Shown in pieces: positions 50,390 to 61,230 of a stretch of 64,000 bases of DNA. Positions within the stretch are counted from its first letter, which is position 1. Every line of letters starts with the position of its first letter. Position numbers and translations under genes: made by a program. Source of the DNA: Anthoceros angustus. Its lineage: Eukaryota; Plantae; Anthocerotophyta. The notes below the pieces were generated by a model. That model did not search any database. It was not told the origin of the DNA and saw nothing but the letters and a program-made list of their open reading frames with translations. The stretch is from NCBI GenBank assembly GCA_010909165.1, contig VJWM01000151.1, positions 310,001 to 374,000 on the forward strand. Direction: 5' to 3'.

Positions 50390-51436
50390 TTCCCGCTTGC
50401 TTGCTGACCATCAACGGCCGCACACCACCATGCTGCTGCTCTGGGTGCTTCAACAGCGGAATCCCACACCCAATCAGACGTCCTTGCATCTTGCCTCCAC
50501 GGCTCCCTTCTTGCTGCAAGAATCCATTTCCTTCAACAATCCGAAAGCAAGGCTCCTCCCAAAATCCCCGCTCCTCCAAGTGTCGCTGCCACAGCCTACG
50601 TGTTCACCCTGCCTCACGCAACACTTCAATTTTTTTGGCCTCTGCTACGATTCCACCTGCTGCTTAATACCCACCGTCACCTAAACCAAATCCACACCAC
50701 ATGATCACAAAAACATACCAATCACCACGATCGGGATCGCAATCTCAAGCATCCTCCAAATCCAGGCAGCCAGACCTTTCCCTCTCGTAACAGCCACAAA
50801 CAACATCCCCTTCAGATACCGGTCTAGCTGTTTACTGTACGTTACTCAAGCACTCACGGCTTTATTTGGATGGCTTTGAGGCTGATCCGCTTGCCGCCTT
50901 CCGAGATGCTGAACAGGTATTGGATAAAATACGCAAATATGATAGACGACAGTGTTATAATAGGAGGTATCAAACAAGATAAATAATTATAAAATAATAT
51001 AAACCATTAAATTGTTAAATATCATATTTATTGACGTGGAGGCTTTATAAATATGCAGAGATGGGAAGTCCCATCTACATTGGGGCGATGGGGGAGAACT
51101 CTTCTACAGGGCTCAAGCCAAGGCCGGCGAACATCTACTCTGAAGCTACCTACCGCTCCTAAGATATCATCGTCTGGAAAACGGAAGGGCCTACTAACCA
51201 CCAGAGCTAAAGATGCTACATTCCCCGTGTTCGAAGCTATCCTAAAAATTGCATTTGTCAACGCCCTTTGCAAATAACTTAGGAGGTGGAGGCAACAAGG
51301 AGGCGCATGGTGCTCCTCCAGGAGCATATGGAGGCGGCCCAGGGCAAAGGTCGTGAAGCAAACTAAGTGATACTCATTACCGGAGGAATGCCACCACACA
51401 GGAAAGAGGGAGACCTACCCCATTCTTTCGGATGTA

Positions 51437-51780
51437 TTATGCTTCAATACAAGCCTTGATAAACCTCGAGAAGTCCTTGCCCATGTCCCCATGAGTCTCA
51501 ATAGCAAGAGGAATGAAAGAATGGCTTTCTTGCTTGGGGTTGTACTTGTGAACCTTGGCTGTAGCACATCCCTCCGCCGTCCAACCCGAAGGGTTGATGA
51601 TGGACGAGGAAAGATAAGGGATCAGGATCTGTGGTGTAGCAGGGTCGTAGAGGTGCAACTAGTCAGTCCTTTTTTGAAATAGGAAAGAGGATCCTTCGAG
51701 GTTTGAGAGGGTCTGACATGGAGACCACCCTCCTTTGTATAAAGAGGCTCTCGAAGTCTCTCCAAACAAACGATTCTACG
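51437..51780 (-). mobile_element. Non-LTR retrotransposon 3' remnant with a restriction-like endonuclease motif (CRE/R2-like)
   Basis: 'A..AKVHKY...SFIPLAIETHGDMGKDF' matches the K..KY...F.P.A.ET.G pattern of RLE elements. Confidence 0.55.
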
Positions 51781-52137
51781 TTGAGCATTTCCGTGTCCTA
51801 GCCAAAGGTCTGATCGTGGTTCTAGCCTGCGCGTTGGAAAGGAGGCTTAGATGATAATGTCTTGTGTCACGTTACAGGACTTGATGCGATATCTGTTTCT
51901 TTAGAGCTATGTGACTAGCTCCAGTGATTTTGTGAATGCAGGCTGAGGAGGTGATAAGGCTATGGCGAACCCTAAAGGGAAAAGCCCCTACCCATACGAC
52001 GGATAGTGAAAGCCGTGAGTCTCATGCCAGAGGAACGAGTCGGAGGACTGGGACTTCCAAGGCAGGGACTATCTAGCATCCCACAACCGTAACCCCCAAA
52101 GTTGAGTTGTGCAACACCGGCATTTCAAGATAAGAGA

Positions 52138-52215
52138 AGAGAGGGAGAGGGAGAGGGAGAGGGAGAGAGAGAAGGAGAAGGAGAAGGGAGGAAGAGAAGA
52201 GGATGAAGAAGAGCC
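52138..52215. repeat. (GAGGGA)n/(GA)-rich simple repeat
   Basis: Read directly from the sequence. Confidence 0.9.
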
Positions 52216-52392
52216 GAAGCGGGCGTAATGGGCCCGCGACAGAGCGCAGATTGGATCTAAATCAGTGTGGGTATTGACAATACCGTGGTCCCCTTTCGGC
52301 CACCGTGGCTGAAAGGAATTCCCCGAGGGAGGAAGTATGCCACGGGAGATTGAATGTTTTGGGGGTGATTGCGTTTAACTGTGAATAGCTAG

Positions 52393-54055
52393 AACAGCGT
52401 CTGTATAGAATGAGGTTTCTTTTGAAACCCCTTTTTGCACACGGACGTGGCCGGACCCCATTTTGCACTCGAAAAAAATCGGCACTATAATCAGCCTTTT
52501 TTGTATTTCTTTGCAGACATGTCACCCACAACCTTTTGAATAATTCTTTTGATACACATTATTTGAGATTGTAGATTGCAAGTACGTGGCAAAAACCTAA
52601 AGTCCCTCCCATTCCCGTTCGGCTTTTTGTTTCAAACTGGACACAGAATTCGTGCGCAAACTTATGCGCGCACTTACATCTAACAGCCCAACACGCAATC
52701 ATTGCCGTGTTGGACGATACAAACGCTTAGAGTTTTTAGGGCTTGTTACTGCACGCAAACTTGTTTGTGCACCAACCTTTCATTCATACCAGTCAATCCT
52801 AAGACTATACTCTTGCTCTAGGAATTTTACAGGACTTTGTTTCTTAGACATTGGTACAATAATATCTTCATTAACCTGATGCTCTTGATCCGCGTGCAGT
52901 GCGACAATGAGAGTGGCATGGTCTGCACTTGGAGCTGGGCCCATGTCAAACGTCTCAAGATTCAAAAGATGCAAAAGGTTCTCACTACTAGTTCAAAGTT
53001 TTAACCACTAGAAAAAAGATGAGGGCTAAGTAAAGATAAGAACATATCCACATTAGGGAGGTGCACAAAAAAGGTTGAAAACGTCGAAAGGAACCTTTAA
53101 AACAACAAAAATATCAAAAATAATACCAAAAAATTCAAAAAATATCAAAATTTTAGTACACGTCCGCGCACTTGCCTCAAAACGTTGGACTTTTTTGGGA
53201 TTTTTTTTTGGGGTTTTTTAGATTTTTTTACTCTTTTTTTCTTTGGATGAACCGTCTGGGAATGCACTAGGAGGCATGAATCATATGGGTTCATGCTCCT
53301 AGGCCCTTCTTGACCTTGGATGCGCACTTATGCGCGCACTGCCTCCTGCCCTGGCGCGCACTGCCCCTGCACCGTGCGCACACCTAGGCCCCCTTGCCCC
53401 CTAGTGCATGCACTTGTTCACCCAGTTGGGCCCCCCTGGCATATATGATGATAACCCAGTACTAGGTCACCGCCAAAAGAGACGGAAACACCATAAAGGA
53501 TACAAAGGGGATAGGGTATTCTTTGTCGCATTAGGGCATATGATAGATATATGAGAGCGGTCTAGGTGAACCTCCGCCAATGTCTACTACTTGTTATTTT
53601 GTTGGGAGTTCCGGCACATCCTCAGACCTCCAAAAGGACATGTTTTCCCATTAGAAGATCATTTTTCACGTTCTTTTTGCACAGTGCGTGCACAAATTTG
53701 CGCATAACGTTGTTTAGATGCGCACTTATGCGCGCCTAGGCCCCCCTGGTATACAAAAACATACAAAACCACACAAAATGCAGAAACTATGAACATGATG
53801 AAATTATGGAACAATGAGGTCACTGGCCCGTCATCACACCGACAAAATTGCCATGAATCTGAGTACAAGGCGCCAGCGCGGTGTAAGTGACTCGACAGGA
53901 AGTGGTGCCGGAGCCGAAAATGCCCAAAACCGATGGATGAACACCTACAAAAACCAACAAAAACCAAACCAACTTCAGTTTCCGGCGAAATAGGGTTGGG
54001 ATTTTTTCCAAAACCCCTTTTGACAGGAGAAACCCCTTTCTACCCAGACGCTTTA
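52393..54055. mobile_element. Candidate non-autonomous TIR element
   Basis: Imperfect TIR (23/29): 52396-52424 versus the reverse complement of 54024-54052. Subterminal AAACCCCTT motifs, an internal repeated GCGCACTTATGCGCGC, and a possible TSD CTAG/TTAG. Confidence 0.45.
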
Positions 54056-54299
54056 TTAGTAGTAAGAACTGATCAGTGACTGATCAGTTCGATCAGCCAT
54101 GGGATTCGATCCCAAGAGAACGTGTTAGAGCCAACAGTTGACGCTCACTTGGGATCGAATCCCATGGCTACCAACAACATGGGGTAATTGTGTGCACCCT
54201 GTAGGTCATCAATGGGCTTGCAAAAGTTGATCTCACACACCTCCAAGCACGCTGCAACAAGCGCTTCACCGTTCAAATTATTGTACAAAGCAAATCTGC

Positions 54300-55004
54300 C
54301 ACCCCCAGGATTCTAGCCAGCGAGTGAAGACAAATGGCGGATTGCAGCCAAAGTTGATGAAGATATTTGGCATGAAGTTCATATTACAAAACAAAATTTG
54401 ATGTCAGCCCAAGACCGAGCCCGCAAGTCAATTAACCAACACCGACGACACATCTCATGCGAGATTGCCAGTTGGTATGGCTCCAAGTCCGACCTCATAG
54501 GTATCCATCTTTGGTGTAAGCAAAACACAAATTGGGTTACCGGTTTGCAAGACCCTTCATGGTTTAGAACCTTGATCAAGGTTCTTAGCAAAGTGAGTGA
54601 GGTTGCCTACAAGCTCGAGCTCCTGGCAAACTGGAGGATGTACCGGACCTTTCTCGTGAGTATGCTGAAGCTAGTGATCCCACGCCATCCCGATCGAGCT
54701 CACCGACCTATCCCTGGCAACCACACCCCGCCATTACCAACTAGGCTGCAACAACCAAGTGCACCAGTGACAGTCCCATCGGCGAAGACAATAGGCTGCC
54801 ATCCCCAAGTCACCTCTCTATCCCAACCCGACAGAATTTTGGAGGTGCATATCCGCCGGTTGCGGAATCGTTCAATCCGTGATTTCTTAGTGGGATGGAG
54901 CCAGGAACCAGATACCTCGATCAGTTGGGAGCCCGAGGAATTTTGCCATCATTTTCCAACATCTCGAAGGCTTGGAGGACCAGACCTCTTATGGTGGGGG
55001 AGAA
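54300..55004 (+). mobile_element. Ty3/gypsy chromovirus integrase-chromodomain remnant followed by the PPT; 3' LTR begins at 55005 (TGTTACA)
   Basis: 'KVSEVAYKLELLANWRMYRTFLVSMLK' and chromodomain 'RILEVHIRRLRNRSIRDFLVGW..SWEPE', followed by GGTGGGGGAGAA|TGTTAC. Confidence 0.85.
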
Positions 55005-57411
55005 TGTTACAATCTGCAAGAGCAACAAGCCCGTGTAGGTAGTGAAGACCAGATGCCAGAGTAATGAGCCCGGCATGCGAACGTGCAACCGGCCGAATAC
55101 AAAGATGAAGCCGTAAATACCTAATTACCTGGGTCCCATAAATAGTTATAAATATAGGGTAGAATACAAGTAGACTTGTAGAAATACAGTTATGAGAAGT
55201 AGGTAGAAAACCAAGACTGTTGCACGAGGGACTCAGCGTGCTTCTTAAATCAGATGCTATGTAAGGGATTGAAACGGAAGCAAAGCCAGCCATTCCTGGA
55301 CGAAGTATATAAGTGCCTGCTAAAAGGAAAGAATTTGCTCTCCCTGGCAATAGGAAACATGACATCTTGGACTGCGTCATGTGTATCAATGCACGGCCCA
55401 CCTATTCGACAAAGAGCTAAGTGGATCCCAGAGTCATCGAGAGGAGTAGCATAGCTGCAGGTCGTGAGAGAACAGGCCTGAGGTTGGACCAAGCCCAAGC
55501 GGAACCTTATTGTGGTAGAAAAAGAAGCCGGTGCGAATTGGAAGCTAGGATGCAAGGTCGGGCCAAAAGCCAGGAACCCGCTCCCTGTAATGAACAAGAG
55601 CGGAGACGAGCTCGAGTCGGTTGAGCAATAGAGAAATCCAAAAGAAGGGTCCTGGCAATCCAGATTAGTCGACTCGAACCTAGATCTCGCTACGCGCCCT
55701 CCCTCCTTCTATAGAGACTCCCAATCCCTTGCCTGAAACCGGTGGAGATGCGATGCTACCTCCTTGTGGCCAGAGGAAGCACCTATGGGGCGACGAAGAC
55801 ACCACTATTCAAAAAAGGAAAAAAGTCCAGGCCGCCTCGTCTCGAGGGTCTTGTGTGAGCCGCTCCAAGGGATGCCGATGTGCAACCCGAATGTTGTTAT
55901 GCAGTCGTCTTGGGAAACGTCAAAAAAGTCGAGGTCCTAGGAGATGCGTCTCGTACAAGGCCAAAAGATGATCAGACTACACCCGCAACCACTTCCAAGA
56001 CTCTCGTGGAGGCTTGAGGGGAATAGTCTGATGCGGGGTCGAGTGGACAGTAGTAGTGGAAGATGCAAGCCTAACTCGAGCCTCCCAAATAGTCCGATCG
56101 AAGTCCTTGTGAACCCTACCCATGTAGTGCCTCACCCCCTGTGATAGGAATCCCATACACGGAGCAAGGAGTATCCTTGACAGACGTGCAAGGAGTGGGC
56201 CCCGTAGAGATAAAATAAATAAAGATATAAAGAAAAAATGATATTTATTTTAGTATAATATAAATAAAGATGATAGGAAGATAGATAGAGGTCTTTCTTT
56301 CATTTGCTTCTTCTCCTTTAGATAGATATAAATGAATTATAATGACAGATGTAGATAGGAATTAAAAAGACTAAATATAGATAATTTATTTTATTTATGA
56401 TAAATAAATTAAAGGAGATTAAAAACAAAAAGATTAGAGATAGAGAAAGTGGGTTTTGTTTTTTTATGAACTAAATTATATAAATATCCTTTCACTACGA
56501 TTAAAATAAATTCAAAATATATTATACGGTAGAAAATACTACAAAAAAACTTAATGATTTTAAATAAAATAGATAAAAAATTAAAGAAAGATTATTTTCT
56601 ATTTATATATTAAATAAGTAGTGAAAAATATTAAAGAGGAAAAGATTAGAAGTAAAAGAAAGAGGTTAGAAAAGGATTATTTTAATTGTTTTCATGTTGT
56701 AACATCAGATGTAAATGAAGATTCAAAGGGATTGTAAAGAATTGGAAAATGTATTATATAGTGCTAAAATAAGAAAACAAAAACAAAAACAACTAGTTCT
56801 AGAAGAGAGTGGTAGACATATCAAATATGACTACCAAAAAGAAAAGGAGGAAGGTGCAAAGAGCCTGGCCACATGTCTCCAAGAATTTCGACACTTCCAA
56901 ACATCCACTTTGATATTTTCATCCGCAAGAACCCATTTTCTATGATTGATCACTCATATTTTGGCAGCCACATTACTTTTTGTTCACTCTCACATCCGCC
57001 ACTACTCCCTCTCGCACCTCCTACATTCTCTTGCAATTACTCAAAACCCACCATCGCTCCCTCCTACATCGTCCTCTTGTATTCTCCTACAACCTCCCGC
57101 ATTCTTCGAAATCCTTGTGTCCTTCTACATCGTCTTGCATTTGCCACCGCTCCTCCTACACCTCCAAAATCCTCCTCCCTCACCATTGTAGCAGTCGACA
57201 GACCATAACCTAGGTAATGAACAAAACATTTTGCAAAATTTTCTGATCTCATGTCAACGTTTCATCTAATATAGATCATAGTGGAAGGAAGTCAAGGTGG
57301 TTAGAATAGAAAAAAAAATTTATTGGTTATAAATTGATAATAATAAAGATGGTATTTGATATTTGATATAAAAGTTGTATCCCTATTTTTTAAACATGTC
57401 TAATTTTGGTT

Positions 57412-57798
57412 TCATCTTTGATAACCCTCTCCTGGGGTGTCATTTATATGAAACTCAGCTCCCATTACAAAGTACTTTCCCGGTCCTACACGTTTGCCTT
57501 TCAAAGTTTTGCTTGCAATTTCCTTGGCTTTGATTTTAGTTACTGAACGGTCCACCATAGCCCTTCTAGTGTCTCTTTTATAATAGTCAATATCAAATAC
57601 ATATTTGGGATAAGCTTGAGGAGTGATTGGTGTCTTGAGCGGTGTAGCTGGTGCATGAACACGATAATCTTTAGCATCAGGAAGAGCGTCCAAATACTCA
57701 GTAGTAGCTGGTGGACCTGTAATTTCCCATGGTCTTTTCAACCAGCTCAGGAATCCTTTAGTGGTTTTAGATGCTATGTTTTTTAGATATTTTGACAT
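57412..57798 (-). CDS. NDUFA7: Mitochondrial complex I accessory subunit B14.5a (NDUFA7-like), intronless CDS
   Basis: 'LKRPWEITGP...EYLDALP.A.DYR...PAT...P...P..V.DI.YY.RD.RR...GEGYQR' matches plant B14.5a; intact 128-aa ORF. Confidence 0.85.
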   Translation of the reverse strand: MSKYLKNIASKTTKGFLSWLKRPWEITGPPATTEYLDALPDAKDYRVHAPATPLKTPITPQAYPKYVFDIDYYKRDTRRAMVDRSVTKIKAKEIASKTLKGKRVGPGKYFVMGAEFHINDTPGEGYQR

Positions 57799-57901
57799 TT
57801 TAGGAGTTCTTCTAACTTAGTTGGTGTATTGGTCTCTCACTAATCTTCTTCCATAAAATTAAAATGAATGCTACCTATGGTTTATAATTACATGCAGTAG
57901 A

Positions 57902-57941
<40 letters not shown>
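57902..57941. repeat. (TTA)n microsatellite between the divergent NDUFA7 and PFK genes
   Basis: Read directly from the sequence. Confidence 0.95.
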
Positions 57942-57943
<2 letters not shown>

Positions 57944-58336
57944 AATTTTACATAGGCAATTCATCAAATAACATAGTTTTAGAAGTTTGCATATCAAATC
58001 TATAAATTCCCATATGAAAATATTTATCCTCACTTTTTAATTGACAGTAATATTATTAAAACTAGAGTTACTTAAAATTTATCTTACATAAATATGTTTT
58101 TAGACAAATTGATATCTTGGTCCATGTTGCATTGTTGTCACAATTTCAAAAAAGAAGTATACTTCATAAATTCAGTGCAATAGCTCCATAAGTGTTAAAA
58201 ATAGAATTAGAAGTTTTTCAAAGCTCCACATTGTACATTACCTTGTTTCATTAGTAGAAACTTGTAAACAAAAAATATTTTAATACTTCAGTACATTGTA
58301 ACTTGGCCGTTGTATTGTTTAGTAGTTTGAAAAACA

Positions 58337-59923
58337 ATGTGTAGCACTAGCCTACAACTTCATCCTCGGATGATAGAGTTTTCTTGCAAATTTGTTCACC
58401 CTCTCTACCTATGGCGGTGCTCAAATATGATAAATATAAACATGAGAAGATCTTTTGGGTTGGCAAAGAAAAGAAATTTTGCAATGATAGCGATGACCAG
58501 AGATAAAGGACATAGCTCTAAAAAAGGGACAGAAGGAGAATTTAGTTTTAAACTTCCTCATATTACAGATCAATTTTCGATTGAAGCTATACCGTCCACA
58601 TTTTGTAACAAGACAGGAACATGTGTAGTACCAGATATCAGACCAGGACATAAATTGGAAGATAAACATAAAGTCTTTGTACATGATGATGATAGAGTAT
58701 TATTAAAGGTGATTAAATATGCACAAGATTCACATTCTTCAAGTGAGAGTGCTGTTGAAAGAAGAAATGGAGGAGATTTTCATCCTCAATGGGTACCTCG
58801 AGCTGGACCTCGAAGTAAAATATATTTTGACCCGACTGAAGTGAAAGCTGCTATAGTGACATGTGGAGGTTTATGTCCCGGTTTAAATGATGTAATTAGA
58901 CAAGTAGTGTTGACCTTAGAAGTTTATGGAGTTACTGAGATCATAGGAATTTCTTATGGATATAGAGGATTCTTTGATGAGAATTTGACAGATATTCCTT
59001 TAACAAGGCACATAGTTCAAAACATTCATCTGGTAGGGGGTAGTCTATTAGGTGTTTCTAGAGGTGGAGCCAAAACCTCAGACATTGTAGAAAGTTTGGA
59101 AAGACGAGGAATCAATATGTTATTTGTTCTTGGTGGAAATGGAACTCATGCTGGTGCCCAGGCAATACACGTAGAATGCCGTAAACGAAAGCTAAAAATT
59201 GTAGTTATAGGAGTACCGAAGACAATAGATAATGACATTTTATTGATGGATAAAACCTTTGGATTTGATACAGCCGTGGAAGAAGCACAACATGCAATAA
59301 ATGCAGCATATATCGAAGCTCAAAGTGCACATCATGGTATAGGAATTGTTAAATTGATGGGTAGATCTAGTGGTTTTATTGCAATGCATGCATCACTTGC
59401 AAGTGGGCAAGTTGACATTTGCTTAATCCCAGAAGTTCCTTTTGTATTGGAGGGTACTAATGGAGTATTGCATCATATTCGACATTTGTTAAATGAAAAA
59501 GGATTAGCTGTACTATGTGTTGCAGAAGGGGCGGGTCAAGAGCTATTAAAAAAAAGTGTAGGCACAGATGCTTCAGGAAATCCAATTCTAGGTGATATTG
59601 GCATACACATTCAACAACAAGTCAAAAAGTATTTTAAAGAGAGTGGCACACCTTGTGATGTAAAATACATAGACCCCACATACATGATCAGAGCATGTAG
59701 GGCTAATGCTTCAGATAGCATCTTATGTGCTATACTTGGTCAAAATGCAGTCCATGGTGCATTTGCTGGTTACAGTGGTATAACAGTTGGTTTGTGCAAC
59801 AACCATCATGTTTATTTACCAATTCCAGATGTTATTGCATATGATAAACATGTAGATCCTCATAGCCGTATGTGGCATCGTTGTATGACAGCTACAGGAC
59901 AACCAGAGTTTACTTCTTCCTAG
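58337..59923 (+). CDS. PFK5: ATP-dependent 6-phosphofructokinase, plastid PFK5-like (group B), intronless CDS
   Basis: 'AAIVTCGGLCPGLNDVIR', 'GGSLLGVSRGG', 'GINMLFVLGGNGTHAGA', 'GVPKTIDNDILLMDKTFGFDTAVEEAQ', 'KLMGRSSGFIAM', 'YIDPTYMIRAC'; intact 528-aa ORF with an N-terminal extension. Confidence 0.95.
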   Translation: MCSTSLQLHPRMIEFSCKFVHPLYLWRCSNMININMRRSFGLAKKRNFAMIAMTRDKGHSSKKGTEGEFSFKLPHITDQFSIEAIPSTFCNKTGTCVVPDIRPGHKLEDKHKVFVHDDDRVLLKVIKYAQDSHSSSESAVERRNGGDFHPQWVPRAGPRSKIYFDPTEVKAAIVTCGGLCPGLNDVIRQVVLTLEVYGVTEIIGISYGYRGFFDENLTDIPLTRHIVQNIHLVGGSLLGVSRGGAKTSDIVESLERRGINMLFVLGGNGTHAGAQAIHVECRKRKLKIVVIGVPKTIDNDILLMDKTFGFDTAVEEAQHAINAAYIEAQSAHHGIGIVKLMGRSSGFIAMHASLASGQVDICLIPEVPFVLEGTNGVLHHIRHLLNEKGLAVLCVAEGAGQELLKKSVGTDASGNPILGDIGIHIQQQVKKYFKESGTPCDVKYIDPTYMIRACRANASDSILCAILGQNAVHGAFAGYSGITVGLCNNHHVYLPIPDVIAYDKHVDPHSRMWHRCMTATGQPEFTSS

Positions 59924-61230
59924 ATTTAAGAGGCAACAGTTTAAAAGGCTAGAAAAAACTACTAGGCATATGTAGACAAGTTGACACATTCATACAAGAA
60001 GTAGGAATAGATGCATCCCAAGGTTGACCAATAGTTATCATCAAAATCAAAATAACATAAGAAGCCAATAATTTGATTTAAAATAGGCATGATGATGTTC
60101 GGCTTCAATTCTCTTCATTTTTTAAGCGAGGAAGAGACGAGCATGTTTCTCGACATGGATATAGAAGTTTGCCGAAGTGGTTAGAACCTTTGTTGCACAA
60201 AATGTTGTTGAAGAAAGTAACAACTTCAGCCAGCAAGTGGCTTTCAATTTCCCAATCTACCTAGCCTTACCAGGTTTGTCTTCTTTGCATAAATCCATTC
60301 TTTTTGTTTTCACTTGGGTGCTTCTATTTGGTTATACATGTGGTGTCAATGGAGAGCATAGACTATTCTATGGTCCACGTAAATTTTGTTAAAGTAGCAG
60401 CATTAAATTCAGGTACCATACTAAGAATGAGGATCATTAAATTCAGGTGCCATACTGAGAATGAGGATCGATATGTCAGGAGAAGGAGACTTAAATACTT
60501 CCTATGTTAGGGACACTTATATAAATTGGATGACAAAAAAGTAAGCATCTTGAATTTGTTTCCTTCTTGCTTTTAATTTTATTTATTTATAATGACTTTG
60601 GTACTCATGCTCCTTGACTCTTCTCTAGTTTTCAAAAAACTTCATAGTGGGGATTGAGAGCCGGATTGTGAAAACTTTTGCATCTTCACCATAAATGATG
60701 TTTCAGGCACACTTGATGTGAGAATTCTACACGTGATTTTAAAGTCCAAAGCTTGGCCTGCAGAATTAATATATAATCATTCTTGAAAACCATCTCTTGT
60801 AGAAACTCTAAAATCAGTTATATCTGATTTTACTATTAGGTCCTTCGTTTTTTAGTAAAATTTTATATTAATATATAATCATTCTTCAGATACACCTCTT
60901 GTAGGAACTCTAAACTTATCGAGTCACCAGGCTTCTGGCAGCTTGAAACGGCAGTACATAATGGAGTACGTAGGGTTTTTCAGTCGTTATGTACACCTAA
61001 TTACTTACACGACCTCGTTCCTTAATCAGTAACTCTGAAATCATGACCAGTGCGGCAAGGACAGGCGGGTCTCTAAAGCGCTTCACAGTGTACATACGTC
61101 CACCCGCTGGACCCTCTTCTGTCGTGGTGTTGGACCAGGATTTGGTGATCGGTTCTAGAGAGGTTGGAGGAAAAAAGGTCGAGGATGCGGGACTTCGAGT
61201 GGCCTACGGAAAAGCATTCGTCAAGAAGGA

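Noticed and set aside
54148-54173. tRNA gene
   Set aside because: Only a T-arm/acceptor-like half; no D-arm or anticodon arm.
55005-56704. Complete 1.7 kb LTR bounded by TGTTACA...TGTAACA
   Set aside because: The distal 500 bp is compositionally different AT-rich sequence and no second LTR confirms the end.
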